Shown here piece by piece: positions 30,528 through 39,547 of a stretch of 39,547 bases of DNA (position 1 is the stretch's first letter; every line of letters begins with the position of its first letter). The notes below the pieces were generated by a model. The model had not been told where the DNA came from. It saw only the letters and a list, made by a program, of their open reading frames with translations, and did not search any database. Both the position numbers and the translations under genes were made by a program. This DNA comes from Halanaerobiaceae bacterium. GTDB lineage: Bacteria; Bacillota; Halanaerobiia; Halanaerobiales; Halarsenatibacteraceae. The stretch is taken from NCBI GenBank assembly GCA_007130465.1, contig SLSL01000055.1, forward strand, positions 1 through 39,547, written 5' to 3'.

Positions 30528-31325
30528 TTAAAAATATTCCTGTAATTCATTTGCCGATTCTTCTATAGACTTATTAGTAACATTAATAACCGGACATCCA
30601 ATTTTTTTCATAACCTGGTCAGCATAATCTAGCTCTTCATTTATTCTTTTTATAGAAGCATATTGACTATCCTGACTTAATCCTAATGCCTTTAGCCTCT
30701 CCAATCTAATTTCATTCAATAATAAAGGATCAATCGTTAAACCAATAACTTTATTTTCAGGGTTTTCATATAATAATTTAGGAACATCAACCTCTGGAAC
30801 TAAGGGTATATTAGCTGCCTTATATCCCCGATAAGATAAATAAATACAGAGAGGTGTTTTTGAAGTTCTTGATACTCCAACCAGAACAACATCAGCCAGT
30901 TCAATCCCTTTCTTATCATTTCTATCATCATACTTTACAGTAAATTCCATTGCTTCAACCCTCTTAAAATAATTCTGGTCTAACTGATGTCTAATTCCAG
31001 GCTGTAATACCGGCTTGGAATTTAACAAATTCTCCATCTTATCCATGATTGGCCCCATAATATCGATCATTACAATATTTCTCTCTCTACCAAATGTGAA
31101 AAATTCTTTTCTTAATTCAGGGTTAATCAGAGTATAAACGATCATGGCATCCTTATCGGCAGCCTTTAAAACAATATTCTTTAATTCTCTTACAGTTTTA
31201 ACATGAGAAAACTTGACAGTTTCAATCCTGTCAGTATTAAATTGACTGGCAGCAGCATCAACTACACTGTTGGCTGTCTCACCTAAAGAATCAGAAACTA
31301 CATATACGGTTTTTTTATCAACCAT
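30528..31325 (-). CDS. Pyruvate,phosphate dikinase regulatory kinase/pyrophosphorylase (DUF299, YqfL/PpsR)
   Basis: VSDSLGETA, YFKRVEAMEFTVKYDD, GVSRTSKTP, ANIPL, KSIEESA. Confidence 0.93.
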   Translation of the reverse strand: MVDKKTVYVVSDSLGETANSVVDAAASQFNTDRIETVKFSHVKTVRELKNIVLKAADKDAMIVYTLINPELRKEFFTFGRERNIVMIDIMGPIMDKMENLLNSKPVLQPGIRHQLDQNYFKRVEAMEFTVKYDDRNDKKGIELADVVLVGVSRTSKTPLCIYLSYRGYKAANIPLVPEVDVPKLLYENPENKVIGLTIDPLLLNEIRLERLKALGLSQDSQYASIKRINEELDYADQVMKKIGCPVINVTNKSIEESANELQEYF

Positions 31326-31339
31326 GACTGTTTTCCTCC

Positions 31340-33397
31340 CTAATTTTCATCTAAAGCTATCTCATTTATATCCATTACCGGTCTCACTAAACTGGCTACC
31401 CTTTCAAGCAGTACTATTCTATTCATTCTAACTTGCTCATCATCTACCATTACAACTATATTATCAAGGAAATTATCAACCAGATCCTTTAAAGCAGCAA
31501 TTCCTTCTAATGCCTGATAATAATTATCTCTAGCAAAATAAGCCTCTATCTTAGTATTAATTTTTATATAAGCATCATAAAGGGCTTTCTCCTCAGATTC
31601 CTTGATTAATTCTGGATTAATCTCATCTAAACCTTCATCCTGAGCAGCAAGGTTTTCGCATCTCTGCAGGCCATATAAAAGCTTAACAAAGCGATCATAA
31701 TCTTTATTTCTAAACTTCATGATTGCTTCAAGCCTACTGTTAAGATCTTTAAGATCATAAAAATCAACTGTCATAGCTGCATCTAAAACATCATATCTAA
31801 TCCCATTCTCAGAGAAATAATTTTCAACTCTTTGTTTAAAGAAATCAAAAACTTTTTCTTTAACATCCCCATCGGCTTCAAGAAGATTGCAGGCTATCTT
31901 AACTATTTTGTCCAATTTCAATTCAATTTTTCCGTCAAGAATTATTCTAATAATTCCAGTAGCCTTTCTTCTTAGAGCAAATGGATCCTGACTACCAGTT
32001 GGAATATTTTCTAAATAAAAATTACTCACTATATCATCGATTCTATCAGAAATACTTAAGAGTCTGCCCTGTATATTCTCTGGCAAATTATCTCCAGCTC
32101 CTGTAGGTTTATAATGCTGGTTAATAGCTTTAGTTACATCTTTAGGTTCCCCTGCTTCGGCAGCATATTTAGCACCCATAACGCCCTGCAGAGAGGCAAA
32201 TTCTCTAACCATACTTGTAGCCAGATCAAATTTAGCCAATTCAGCAGCTCTTATTAATTTATATCTATCATCACTGGATAAATCAACTAGCTCTGCTATT
32301 CTGTCTGATATTTCTTTTAACCTTTCAACTTTATCAGCTAAAGAACCAAGTTCCTCCTGATAAACTATCTCGTTTAATTTATCATTAAAATAATCAAGTT
32401 CCTTGGATGTATCATCATTATAGAAAAAAACTGCATCAGATAATCTGGCTCTGATAACTTTCTCATTTCCGTCTATAACATTTTCTATTTTTTCCCCATC
32501 TCCATTTCTAACTCCTATAAATGCAGAATGTAATTTCCCAGATTTAATCACAGGAAAATATCTCTGATGTTCAATCATAGAGGTTGTCAGCACTTCTTCA
32601 GGCAACTCTAAATATTCATTTTTAAAGCCTCCTTTGAAAGCTGTAGGAAATTCAATAAGGTTAACTACCTCTTCTAACAATCCTTCAGTTCTATAAATCT
32701 TTTCATTATTAGCCAAAATACTATCTATTTGATCTAAAATTAATTTTTCCCGTTCATTCTGGTTAACTATTACTGATTCCTCTTTAAGCTTTTCAAAATA
32801 CTCTCCAGCCAGATTTATCTCTAATTCAGAATCTCCTAAAAATCTATGACCACTACTTAATCTATCAGAACTCAAACCTGCCAGCTCAAATTCAATAACC
32901 TGCTCACCTAATAAAGCCATAATCCAGCGAATAGGTCTAATAAAGCGATACTCATTATCTCCCCAGCGCATTTTTTGAGGTTGTGGCAATTTATCAATAA
33001 TATCAGGCAGAATCCTTCCTAAAACTTCAGCAGTCGGTTCACCTTCTATAATCTTTTCAGCAAATAAATAACCATCTCTTTCAACTAACTCGTCAACTTC
33101 CATCTGCTGACCTCTGGCAAACCCCTGGCCAGCTTTAGTAGGATTCCCATCATCATCAAAAGCTATTTCAACTGATGGTCCTCTAACAACTTCCTCCCTA
33201 TCAGCCTGTTTATCTGATAAACCTTCGCCATAGAGAACGAGCCTCCTTGGAGTTGAATAAGTTTCAAGACTGTCATAATCTATTAATTCTTTTTCAAAAC
33301 TTTCTTTAGCCAATCTTAACAAATTATTTCTTAAATTAACGACCATCTTGGCCGGAATTTCTTCAGTTCCTAATTCAAAGACAAATTTATTACTCAT
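31340..33397 (-). CDS. glyS: Glycine--tRNA ligase beta subunit
   Basis: [59 protein letters not shown]. Confidence 0.97.
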   Translation of the reverse strand: MSNKFVFELGTEEIPAKMVVNLRNNLLRLAKESFEKELIDYDSLETYSTPRRLVLYGEGLSDKQADREEVVRGPSVEIAFDDDGNPTKAGQGFARGQQMEVDELVERDGYLFAEKIIEGEPTAEVLGRILPDIIDKLPQPQKMRWGDNEYRFIRPIRWIMALLGEQVIEFELAGLSSDRLSSGHRFLGDSELEINLAGEYFEKLKEESVIVNQNEREKLILDQIDSILANNEKIYRTEGLLEEVVNLIEFPTAFKGGFKNEYLELPEEVLTTSMIEHQRYFPVIKSGKLHSAFIGVRNGDGEKIENVIDGNEKVIRARLSDAVFFYNDDTSKELDYFNDKLNEIVYQEELGSLADKVERLKEISDRIAELVDLSSDDRYKLIRAAELAKFDLATSMVREFASLQGVMGAKYAAEAGEPKDVTKAINQHYKPTGAGDNLPENIQGRLLSISDRIDDIVSNFYLENIPTGSQDPFALRRKATGIIRIILDGKIELKLDKIVKIACNLLEADGDVKEKVFDFFKQRVENYFSENGIRYDVLDAAMTVDFYDLKDLNSRLEAIMKFRNKDYDRFVKLLYGLQRCENLAAQDEGLDEINPELIKESEEKALYDAYIKINTKIEAYFARDNYYQALEGIAALKDLVDNFLDNIVVMVDDEQVRMNRIVLLERVASLVRPVMDINEIALDEN

Positions 33398-34256
33398 TAC
33401 CTGAATCCTCCTTTTCATCCTGAACTTTCAGATATACTTTTGCTGTTTTCTGAGCTAAATTTCTAACCCTCTTAATATATTTAGTTCTTTCTGTAACACT
33501 AATAGCTCCCCGGGCATCAAGTATATTAAAGATATGAGAAGATTTTAAAGTATAATCGTAAGCAGGTAGCGCTAAATCATCAGTTAATGCTACTTCTGCT
33601 TCTGCCTCAAAATCATCAAATAATCTATGCAGCCTGGAAACATCTGCTACTTCAAAGTTATATTTAGACTGTTCATATTCATTCCGATAATAGATATCGC
33701 CATAGGTTACTCCCTCAACCCAGGTAAGATCATATACATTCTCAACCTCCTGAAGATACATAGCAATTCTTTCAAGGCCATAGGTAAGCTCAACAGTTAC
33801 AGGCCTGGCATCTAAACCGCCAACCTGCTGGAAATATGTAAACTGAGTAATTTCCATACCATCAAGCCAGACTTCCCAGCCAAGACCCCAGGATCCTAAG
33901 GTTGGAGCCTCCCAATTATCCTCGACAAAACGAATATCATGTTCAAGAGGATCAATTCCTAATTCCCTTAAACTATCGAGATATAGGTCCTGAATATTTT
34001 CAGGTGATGGCTTCATAATAACCTGAAATTGAAAATGCCTCTGAACTCGATTCGGATTATCTCCATATCTGCCATCCTGTGGCCGCCTGGAAGGTTGAAC
34101 ATAAGCTGAGTTCCATGGTTTTTCCCCTAGGGCCCTTAAAAAGGTGCCAGGGCACATAGTTCCAGCACCTACCTCAACATCATAAGGCTGTTCTATGATA
34201 CATCCCTGCTCACCCCAATATTGACTTAACTTCTGAATAATATCCTGAAATAACAT
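33390..34256 (-). CDS. glyQ: Glycine--tRNA ligase alpha subunit
   Basis: [60 protein letters not shown]. Confidence 0.98.
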   Translation of the reverse strand: MLFQDIIQKLSQYWGEQGCIIEQPYDVEVGAGTMCPGTFLRALGEKPWNSAYVQPSRRPQDGRYGDNPNRVQRHFQFQVIMKPSPENIQDLYLDSLRELGIDPLEHDIRFVEDNWEAPTLGSWGLGWEVWLDGMEITQFTYFQQVGGLDARPVTVELTYGLERIAMYLQEVENVYDLTWVEGVTYGDIYYRNEYEQSKYNFEVADVSRLHRLFDDFEAEAEVALTDDLALPAYDYTLKSSHIFNILDARGAISVTERTKYIKRVRNLAQKTAKVYLKVQDEKEDSGNE

Positions 34257-34293
34257 AAAATCATCTCCTTGGTAATAACATTTTAATTAAATC

Positions 34294-34324
34294 AAAAATA
34301 CCTCACCCCGTAAGGGACGAGGTA
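34294..34324 (-). terminator. Terminator hairpin between recO and glyQ (T-box-terminator-like)
   Basis: TACCTCGTCCC-TTAC-GGGGTGAGGTA (11 bp, 2 G-U) followed by TTTTT. Confidence 0.75.
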
Positions 34325-34327
34325 CTT

Positions 34328-35086
34328 CTATCTATAAAGATTCAGCATACTTAAAGCTTTAAAATCTAAATCTAGATGATACTTAATAAAATCTAGCAAT
34401 AATTTATTTAACTTATTAAAAGAATTCTCAGTTATTGCTGGAAATTTATCAGCACCAAACCCTCTTTCCTTTGACCTAAGTAAAAACTTAACCTCTTTTT
34501 TATTCAAATTTACTGACAAACCTTTATTTAGACTGCCAGGAATACATTGCTGACAGAAAAATTTGCCCTCATCAACTATAAAATAATAATTAATATCTCT
34601 TTTCAGGTCCCTGCAATTATCACAACCAGCTAACTGAAAGGGATAGCCTAATAAAGAAAGAGCTGCTGTATTGAAAATAACCATCAATTTTTTATATTGA
34701 ATATCACTCTCAATACCTTCTAACTTAATCAGACTTAAAATAAGATGATTAAAATATAAAGGATTCTGCTCAGGAGTACCCGTTAAATAATAGAACTCTA
34801 AAATATAACTCCCATATGAAAGCTTATTAAAATCGTCTTTAATACCTGTAAAATTATACTTTGATTCAACATCAATTATTTTCCCTAAACCTTCTCCCTG
34901 ATAATAGGTCAAATCAAGCCAGTTAAACTGCTGAACCAGACCCAGGTGAGAACTCTTAAATGACTTGCCTCCACCATAGGCCAGCCTTAAAATTCCAGTT
35001 TCTTTAGTATAAAAAGTTATTAACTGATCCTTCTCTCCTAAATCTGAACGTTTTAAAACTACAACTTCAGTATACTCTTCAGTCAC
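34328..35086 (-). CDS. recO: DNA repair protein RecO
   Basis: VVLKR.DLGEKD..ITFYT...G N-terminal OB fold, CxxC...CxxC zinc motif, position between era and glyQ. Confidence 0.88.
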   Translation of the reverse strand: MTEEYTEVVVLKRSDLGEKDQLITFYTKETGILRLAYGGGKSFKSSHLGLVQQFNWLDLTYYQGEGLGKIIDVESKYNFTGIKDDFNKLSYGSYILEFYYLTGTPEQNPLYFNHLILSLIKLEGIESDIQYKKLMVIFNTAALSLLGYPFQLAGCDNCRDLKRDINYYFIVDEGKFFCQQCIPGSLNKGLSVNLNKKEVKFLLRSKERGFGADKFPAITENSFNKLNKLLLDFIKYHLDLDFKALSMLNLYR

Positions 35087-35093
35087 TTTTAAT

Positions 35094-35777
35094 CTAATCT
35101 ACTTCATCAGTAACTATTTCAACACCAGAACTGGCACCAATTCTATTAGCGCCGGCATCAAGCATAGCCAGAGCATCTTTGAAATTTTTAATCCCACCTG
35201 ATGCTTTTACACCTACATCTCTACCAACTGTTTTTCTCATAACACTAACTGCTTCAACTGTCGCATTACCAGTTCCAAAGCCAGTTGAGGTTTTTACAAA
35301 ATCTGCCCCTGCATCTTTAGCAATCTCACAGGCCTTAACTATCTCATCCTCTTCTAAATAACAGGTTTCTAATATTACTTTAACAATAATATCGGAAGTA
35401 ATTCCAGCAGTATTTGTTGAATCAACGACTGATTTAATATCAGATTTGACTAGATCAAAAGCCTTTGACTTAAAAGCGCTTAAATTCATTACCATATCAA
35501 TCTCCTGAGCGCCATTCTTAATCGCATTTCTAGTCTCAAAAGCCTTTGTTTCAGTTGTATTTGCTCCTAAAGGAAATCCAACAACAGTAGTAACTTTAAC
35601 TGAGCTGTCTTTAAGTATTTTATTAGCATAGGGAACAAATATAGGATGAACACAGACTGTTGCAAATTCATGTTCTAGAGCTTCTTTACATAATTTCTTT
35701 ATATCCTCTACCTTGCCTGTAGGTTTTAAAAAAGTATGATCGATCATTTTTGCCATATCTTTAGGTTTAATTGCCAT
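35094..35777 (-). CDS. deoC: Deoxyribose-phosphate aldolase
   Basis: IDHTFLKP, VVGFPLG, EIDMV, KVILET, FVKTSTGF, VKASGGI, RIGASSG. ATG at 35777 follows AGGAGTG. Confidence 0.96.
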   Translation of the reverse strand: MAIKPKDMAKMIDHTFLKPTGKVEDIKKLCKEALEHEFATVCVHPIFVPYANKILKDSSVKVTTVVGFPLGANTTETKAFETRNAIKNGAQEIDMVMNLSAFKSKAFDLVKSDIKSVVDSTNTAGITSDIIVKVILETCYLEEDEIVKACEIAKDAGADFVKTSTGFGTGNATVEAVSVMRKTVGRDVGVKASGGIKNFKDALAMLDAGANRIGASSGVEIVTDEVD

Positions 35778-35847
35778 TTTAAAATTCACTCCTTAACTAA
35801 AATATAAATAAATTTACTAAGACTCTTTTATTGACATCTATTTTTAT

Positions 35848-35874
35848 ATTCTCGATTAAAAATCATACTCCTGC
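35848..35874 (-). promoter_or_regulatory. SigH-type promoter upstream of deoC
   Basis: GCAGGAGTA-11 nt-CGAGAAT. Confidence 0.55.
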
Positions 35875-36765
35875 TTAATTTTCATCTTTATAGCCAAATC
35901 TTTTTAACCATTGTTCATTTTTCCGCCATTTTTTCTTCTCCTTTACCCAGAGATCAAGGAAAACCTGGCCTCCTTGCAATTTTTCAATCTCTTCTCTTGC
36001 TTTTTGGCCAATTTTTTTCAACATCTTCCCGTTTTTGCCGATAATAATTCCTTTATGGCTAGAACTTTCAACAAATATATTAGCCCTTATATATATTATC
36101 CCGCTATCCCGCTCTTTAATCTCTTCAATCATAACAGCAGTCCCATATGGAATTTCATCCCTTAACAAATTAAAGATCTGCTCCCTGATTAATTCAGCAA
36201 CTAAATCCCGTTCAAGCTGATCAGTAAACATATCTTCAGGATAATATTTAGGCCCTTCAGGCAACTTTTCAATTAGTATCCTCTCAAGATTATCAAGACC
36301 CTTGCCCTGAGTTGCTGAAATAGCAATTGGCTCAAGTCCTGTCTTTTCTTTAAATCTTTTCAATCTCCCTGCAAGTTTCTTGTTACTGACTTTATCTGCT
36401 TTATTAGCTACAAGAATAATTTCCGAACCAGTATCTTTAATCTGATCAAAGATAAACTGATCTCCTTTTCCAAAACCAGTTGTGCTGTCAACAACAAAAA
36501 AAATCAAATCTATATCCTTTAAGCTACTATAAATCTGATCAAGCATATATTCATCAAGTTTATTCTTAACTTTATGAACACCTGGGGTATCAACAAAAAC
36601 AGCCTGAAAATCATCGGTAGTTAAAATAGCCCTTATCTTCCGTCTGGTAGTCTGAGGCCTGGCAGACACAATCGCTGCTTTCTCACCAATCAACCTATTT
36701 ACCAGTGTCGACTTACCAACATTCGGTCTACCAACAACAGTTATAAAACCTGATCTAAAAGCCAT
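35875..36765 (-). CDS. era: GTPase Era
   Basis: GRPNVGKST, PQTTR, DTPG, NKAD, KH domain IIIGKNG. Confidence 0.97.
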   Translation of the reverse strand: MAFRSGFITVVGRPNVGKSTLVNRLIGEKAAIVSARPQTTRRKIRAILTTDDFQAVFVDTPGVHKVKNKLDEYMLDQIYSSLKDIDLIFFVVDSTTGFGKGDQFIFDQIKDTGSEIILVANKADKVSNKKLAGRLKRFKEKTGLEPIAISATQGKGLDNLERILIEKLPEGPKYYPEDMFTDQLERDLVAELIREQIFNLLRDEIPYGTAVMIEEIKERDSGIIYIRANIFVESSSHKGIIIGKNGKMLKKIGQKAREEIEKLQGGQVFLDLWVKEKKKWRKNEQWLKRFGYKDEN

Positions 36766-37169
36766 TATTTATTCATATCCTTTGAAGTAAAAAATCCTGG
36801 CAGCAGCTCAGCTGCAGTTGTAAATTCTTTATCCTCAGCCAGGTTATATAAATGAACACCCATCCCTGGAGAAAACTCGTTCATCACCTGACGACAGGCC
36901 CCACAGGGTGAAACAGGTCCAGGTGTATCGCCAACAATTGCCATCGCCTTAAATTCAGTCTCTCCAGCAGAAACTGCCTTAAAAATAGCAGTTCTTTCAG
37001 CACAATTAGTCAAACCAAAGGAAGCATTTTCAATATTACACCCTGTATAAATATTACCATCTACAGTTAATAGAGCTGCTCCTACTGGAAATTCTGAATA
37101 AGGAACATATGCATTCTCTCTTGCTTCTTTAGCCTTCTTCTTTAACTTTTCTATAATCTCTTTATCCAT
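36765..37169 (-). CDS. cdd: Cytidine deaminase (homotetrameric type)
   Basis: AYVPYS.FPVGAA, GCNIENAS, CAERTA, SPCGACRQ. Confidence 0.96.
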   Translation of the reverse strand: MDKEIIEKLKKKAKEARENAYVPYSEFPVGAALLTVDGNIYTGCNIENASFGLTNCAERTAIFKAVSAGETEFKAMAIVGDTPGPVSPCGACRQVMNEFSPGMGVHLYNLAEDKEFTTAAELLPGFFTSKDMNK

Positions 37170-37204
37170 ATCTATCTTACCTCCATACTTATATCTATAA
37201 AATT

Positions 37205-38281
37205 CTATTCAAATTCAACTCTGGCAGAATTCGGCATTATCTGAACCCAGGTCCTGCCAGTTTTGAGCAAAACCTCCTGGTAATCTTTATCAAAGAAAGT
37301 TAGCCTGCCATTAGTTCTCGTCCATAATATTTCCTGTTTACTTCCATTATGAAAGAGATAAGCAGGCCCTCCTGAATCAAGATCAACAGATACTCTGCCA
37401 ACATCATCTATCACATTGGTGTCTGCATGAATAACAACAATATTATCTGCAATCAACTGCTGCCCAGTATCAACTTTATGGGGTTCATTATTGATATAAC
37501 GGTAATATCTATTTTCAGTTTGATTATACTTATAACTGACCAGATAATTTCCCCAGTAAAAAAGGTCTAACTCTTTAACCAAACCACCTTCATTAGCAAC
37601 TGGATTATTCCCAGCAGTAAAGTCAAATTTATAAGCAGATAAATCCTGCTGCCAGTCAAGGCCCTCAAGGTAATCCTTAATCCTTTCATTTCCAGTATAT
37701 AGATTATGGGGCATTCTCCGCTCACTACAGCGCCAGTAATACTGGCTCCGGCTAATCTCATCTAAATTCAAAACATCTTCAGCAGAAATCCTGGCATACC
37801 CGCCCTCACTGGCACCGACATGGAGCAGAAGTGCGCCATGTTCAGCAGCTAGTTCACCCATATAATCCCGAACACTTCTTACCGGACCAACTCTTTCAGG
37901 CAGTTCTTTATAATATACAGGCAAAAACCTGGTAATCCCACCCTCAGAGAGAACTTCATAAACAAAGTTAGCCTCTTCAATCCCTGACTGAGGTCTTGAC
38001 CTTGGATGATTCTCAACAGCTACCATTACCGGCCTTTTCAAATTCTGCCTATCGCCTAACTGATAATAATCTGGCAGCAATAATTGATTATCAACAGCCA
38101 GACTAAAATTCCGTTCATAAAAACTAAAAAACTCCTGATAATCTAATTCATAAAATAACTCATACATTCCATCAGCAACTTTACCGGTTTCAGAACGAAA
38201 AAAGTAACCAACTGTTATTATTAATATAATTATAATAATTAAAGCTAAAATAGGATATTTTCTATAGTTCAAACCCTTCAA
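37205..38281 (-). CDS. DUF3048 (YerB-like) exported/membrane-anchored protein
   Basis: N-terminal hydrophobic anchor, RPVMVAVENHP.SRPQSG, YE...EGGITR, GPVRSVR, PHNLY, G.TW. Start uncertain (TTG 38281 or 38272). Confidence 0.85.
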   Translation of the reverse strand: MKGLNYRKYPILALIIIIILIITVGYFFRSETGKVADGMYELFYELDYQEFFSFYERNFSLAVDNQLLLPDYYQLGDRQNLKRPVMVAVENHPRSRPQSGIEEANFVYEVLSEGGITRFLPVYYKELPERVGPVRSVRDYMGELAAEHGALLLHVGASEGGYARISAEDVLNLDEISRSQYYWRCSERRMPHNLYTGNERIKDYLEGLDWQQDLSAYKFDFTAGNNPVANEGGLVKELDLFYWGNYLVSYKYNQTENRYYRYINNEPHKVDTGQQLIADNIVVIHADTNVIDDVGRVSVDLDSGGPAYLFHNGSKQEILWTRTNGRLTFFDKDYQEVLLKTGRTWVQIMPNSARVEFE

Positions 38282-38305
38282 CCCCAGATATCAATATTAA
38301 TTAGA

Positions 38306-38743
38306 TTAACGAGTAAACCCATGTTTTTCTAATAAGACTTCTTCAGCCTCACGCATTTCAGATTTATCAGCATCAGTTTTATGATTAAAACCTAAAATAT
38401 GCAATAATCCATGAACCATCAAAAAAGCAACCTCTCTGCGCAGACTATGGCCATAATCCTCAGCCTGCTCTATAGCCCGTGGCAAAGAGATTATTACCTC
38501 ACCTAATAGCTCTTCATCTATCGGAAAAGAAAGAACATCGGTAATTTCATCCTTTTCCCGATAAATCTTATTTAATTCTTTTATTTTAGAATTTTCAACA
38601 AAAGTAATACTAACTTCAGCCTCATCAATACCCTTATCTAAAAGTAGATTATCGGCCAGTTCACTTAAATCATTAAGCAAATTAGAATCAAGTCGTTCAT
38701 CATCAATTAAATTATTGATCATAATATTATTTTTTCTTGCCAT
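38306..38743 (-). CDS. ybeY: rRNA maturation endoribonuclease YbeY
   Basis: LN..YR.KD..TDVLSFP, LGEVIIS, HGLLHILGFNH. Confidence 0.95.
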   Translation of the reverse strand: MARKNNIMINNLIDDERLDSNLLNDLSELADNLLLDKGIDEAEVSITFVENSKIKELNKIYREKDEITDVLSFPIDEELLGEVIISLPRAIEQAEDYGHSLRREVAFLMVHGLLHILGFNHKTDADKSEMREAEEVLLEKHGFTR

Positions 38744-39545
38744 TCTTCTTTGCCCCCATCTCTTCTTCAATATCTTCAGGATAATCGACCCTCTGGTGAT
38801 AGATACCAGTCAGAATCCTGGTAAAGCTCTCTGCAATAATATTTAAATCTTTCAGAGTCAGTTCAGAATTATCAAGTTCATTTTCAATTAGTTTTTCTCT
38901 AATTAAACCTTTGATAAAGACTTCAATCCGATTATGATTGCTCTTATTAAAGTTTTTAGAACGGACAGCAGCCTCACAGATATCAGCCAGCATAATAATT
39001 GCCGCCTCTTTCGATTTAGGCTTAGGTCCATCATATCTAAAGTTCGACTCATTAAAATTAGATTCGTCGCCCTGTTTTAACGCCTCCTGATAGAAATAAG
39101 AAATCAAATTAGTCCCATGGTGCTGCTCTATAATATCAACAATAGCAGGAGGGAGATTATATTCTTTAGCCATTTCAACCCCATCTTTAGCATGGGATTT
39201 AATAATTAAAGCACTCAGATTAGGCTTTATATTATTATGGGGATTATCGCCACCAAATTGATTATCACTAAAAAAGTAAGGTCTTGATAATTTTCCAATG
39301 TCATGATAATATGCACCAACTCTGGCCAACAGAGAATTTGCTCCAATATTATCAGCAGCAGTCTCAGCCAGATTACCGACTAAAACACTATGGTGATAAG
39401 TCCCTGGTGCCTCAACTAATAACTTCTTCAATAAAGGCTGACTTGGATTAGAAAGCTCAAGCAATTTAACTGAAGAGGTCATGCCAAATATACTCTCTAA
39501 ATAAGGCAGCAGACCATTGGCAGCAATAGCTACTAAAATTCCATT
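38727..39545 (-). CDS. 7TM-HD phosphohydrolase, PgpH/YqfF-like cyclic-di-AMP phosphodiesterase (5' end beyond window)
   Basis: LLELSNP, EAPGTYHHS, YYHDIGK, QHHGT, FRYDGPKP, MLADICEAA. The frame stays open to the right edge (NGILVAIAANGLLPYLESIFG, a TM helix); upstream of ybeY. Confidence 0.9.
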   Translation of the reverse strand, partial: NGILVAIAANGLLPYLESIFGMTSSVKLLELSNPSQPLLKKLLVEAPGTYHHSVLVGNLAETAADNIGANSLLARVGAYYHDIGKLSRPYFFSDNQFGGDNPHNNIKPNLSALIIKSHAKDGVEMAKEYNLPPAIVDIIEQHHGTNLISYFYQEALKQGDESNFNESNFRYDGPKPKSKEAAIIMLADICEAAVRSKNFNKSNHNRIEVFIKGLIREKLIENELDNSELTLKDLNIIAESFTRILTGIYHQRVDYPEDIEEEMGAKKNGKKK

Positions 39546-39547
39546 AA

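Noticed and set aside
35831-35860. Plus-strand TTGACA as a possible promoter antisense to era
   Set aside because: No acceptable -10 hexamer at 16-18 nt spacing
37567-37761. 64-aa alternative-frame ORF inside the DUF3048 gene
   Set aside because: Nested, no motif, and the host ORF is intact

Overview
This is a gene-dense, AT-rich core-genome window from a Bacillota (Firmicutes) bacterium. Every credible gene lies on the minus strand. Acid-rich proteins and the gene order suggest a halophilic clostridial lineage such as Halanaerobiales, but this is inference only. In transcription order (right to left): pgpH-like HD phosphodiesterase (partial), ybeY, DUF3048, cdd, era, deoC, recO, glyQ, glyS, PPDK-regulatory kinase, dGTPase, dnaG, sigA, tRNA-Ile2(CAT), Nif3, RNase P RNA, yebC, ruvCAB, queA, tgt, yajC, lepB, secD, secF, a phasin-like small protein, a UbiB/ABC1 kinase, apt, rel, dtd, an MBL hydrolase, a SurA_N+TPR protein, hisS, aspS, 6S RNA, 5-formyl-THF cyclo-ligase, rarA, yigZ, iscR-like Rrf2, nifS/iscS, nifU/iscU and mnmA. 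Tandem promoters at the left edge look like the start of an rRNA operon. I saw no mobile elements, CRISPR arrays or defence systems. The most notable items are a PpiD-like/TPR fusion next to hisS, a small coiled-coil protein + UbiB kinase pair at the end of the sec operon, an orphan T-box-style terminator before glyQS, three SigH-type promoters, a probable ATA start codon and an IscR operator. Where an RBS supported it, I moved start coordinates from the ORF track.
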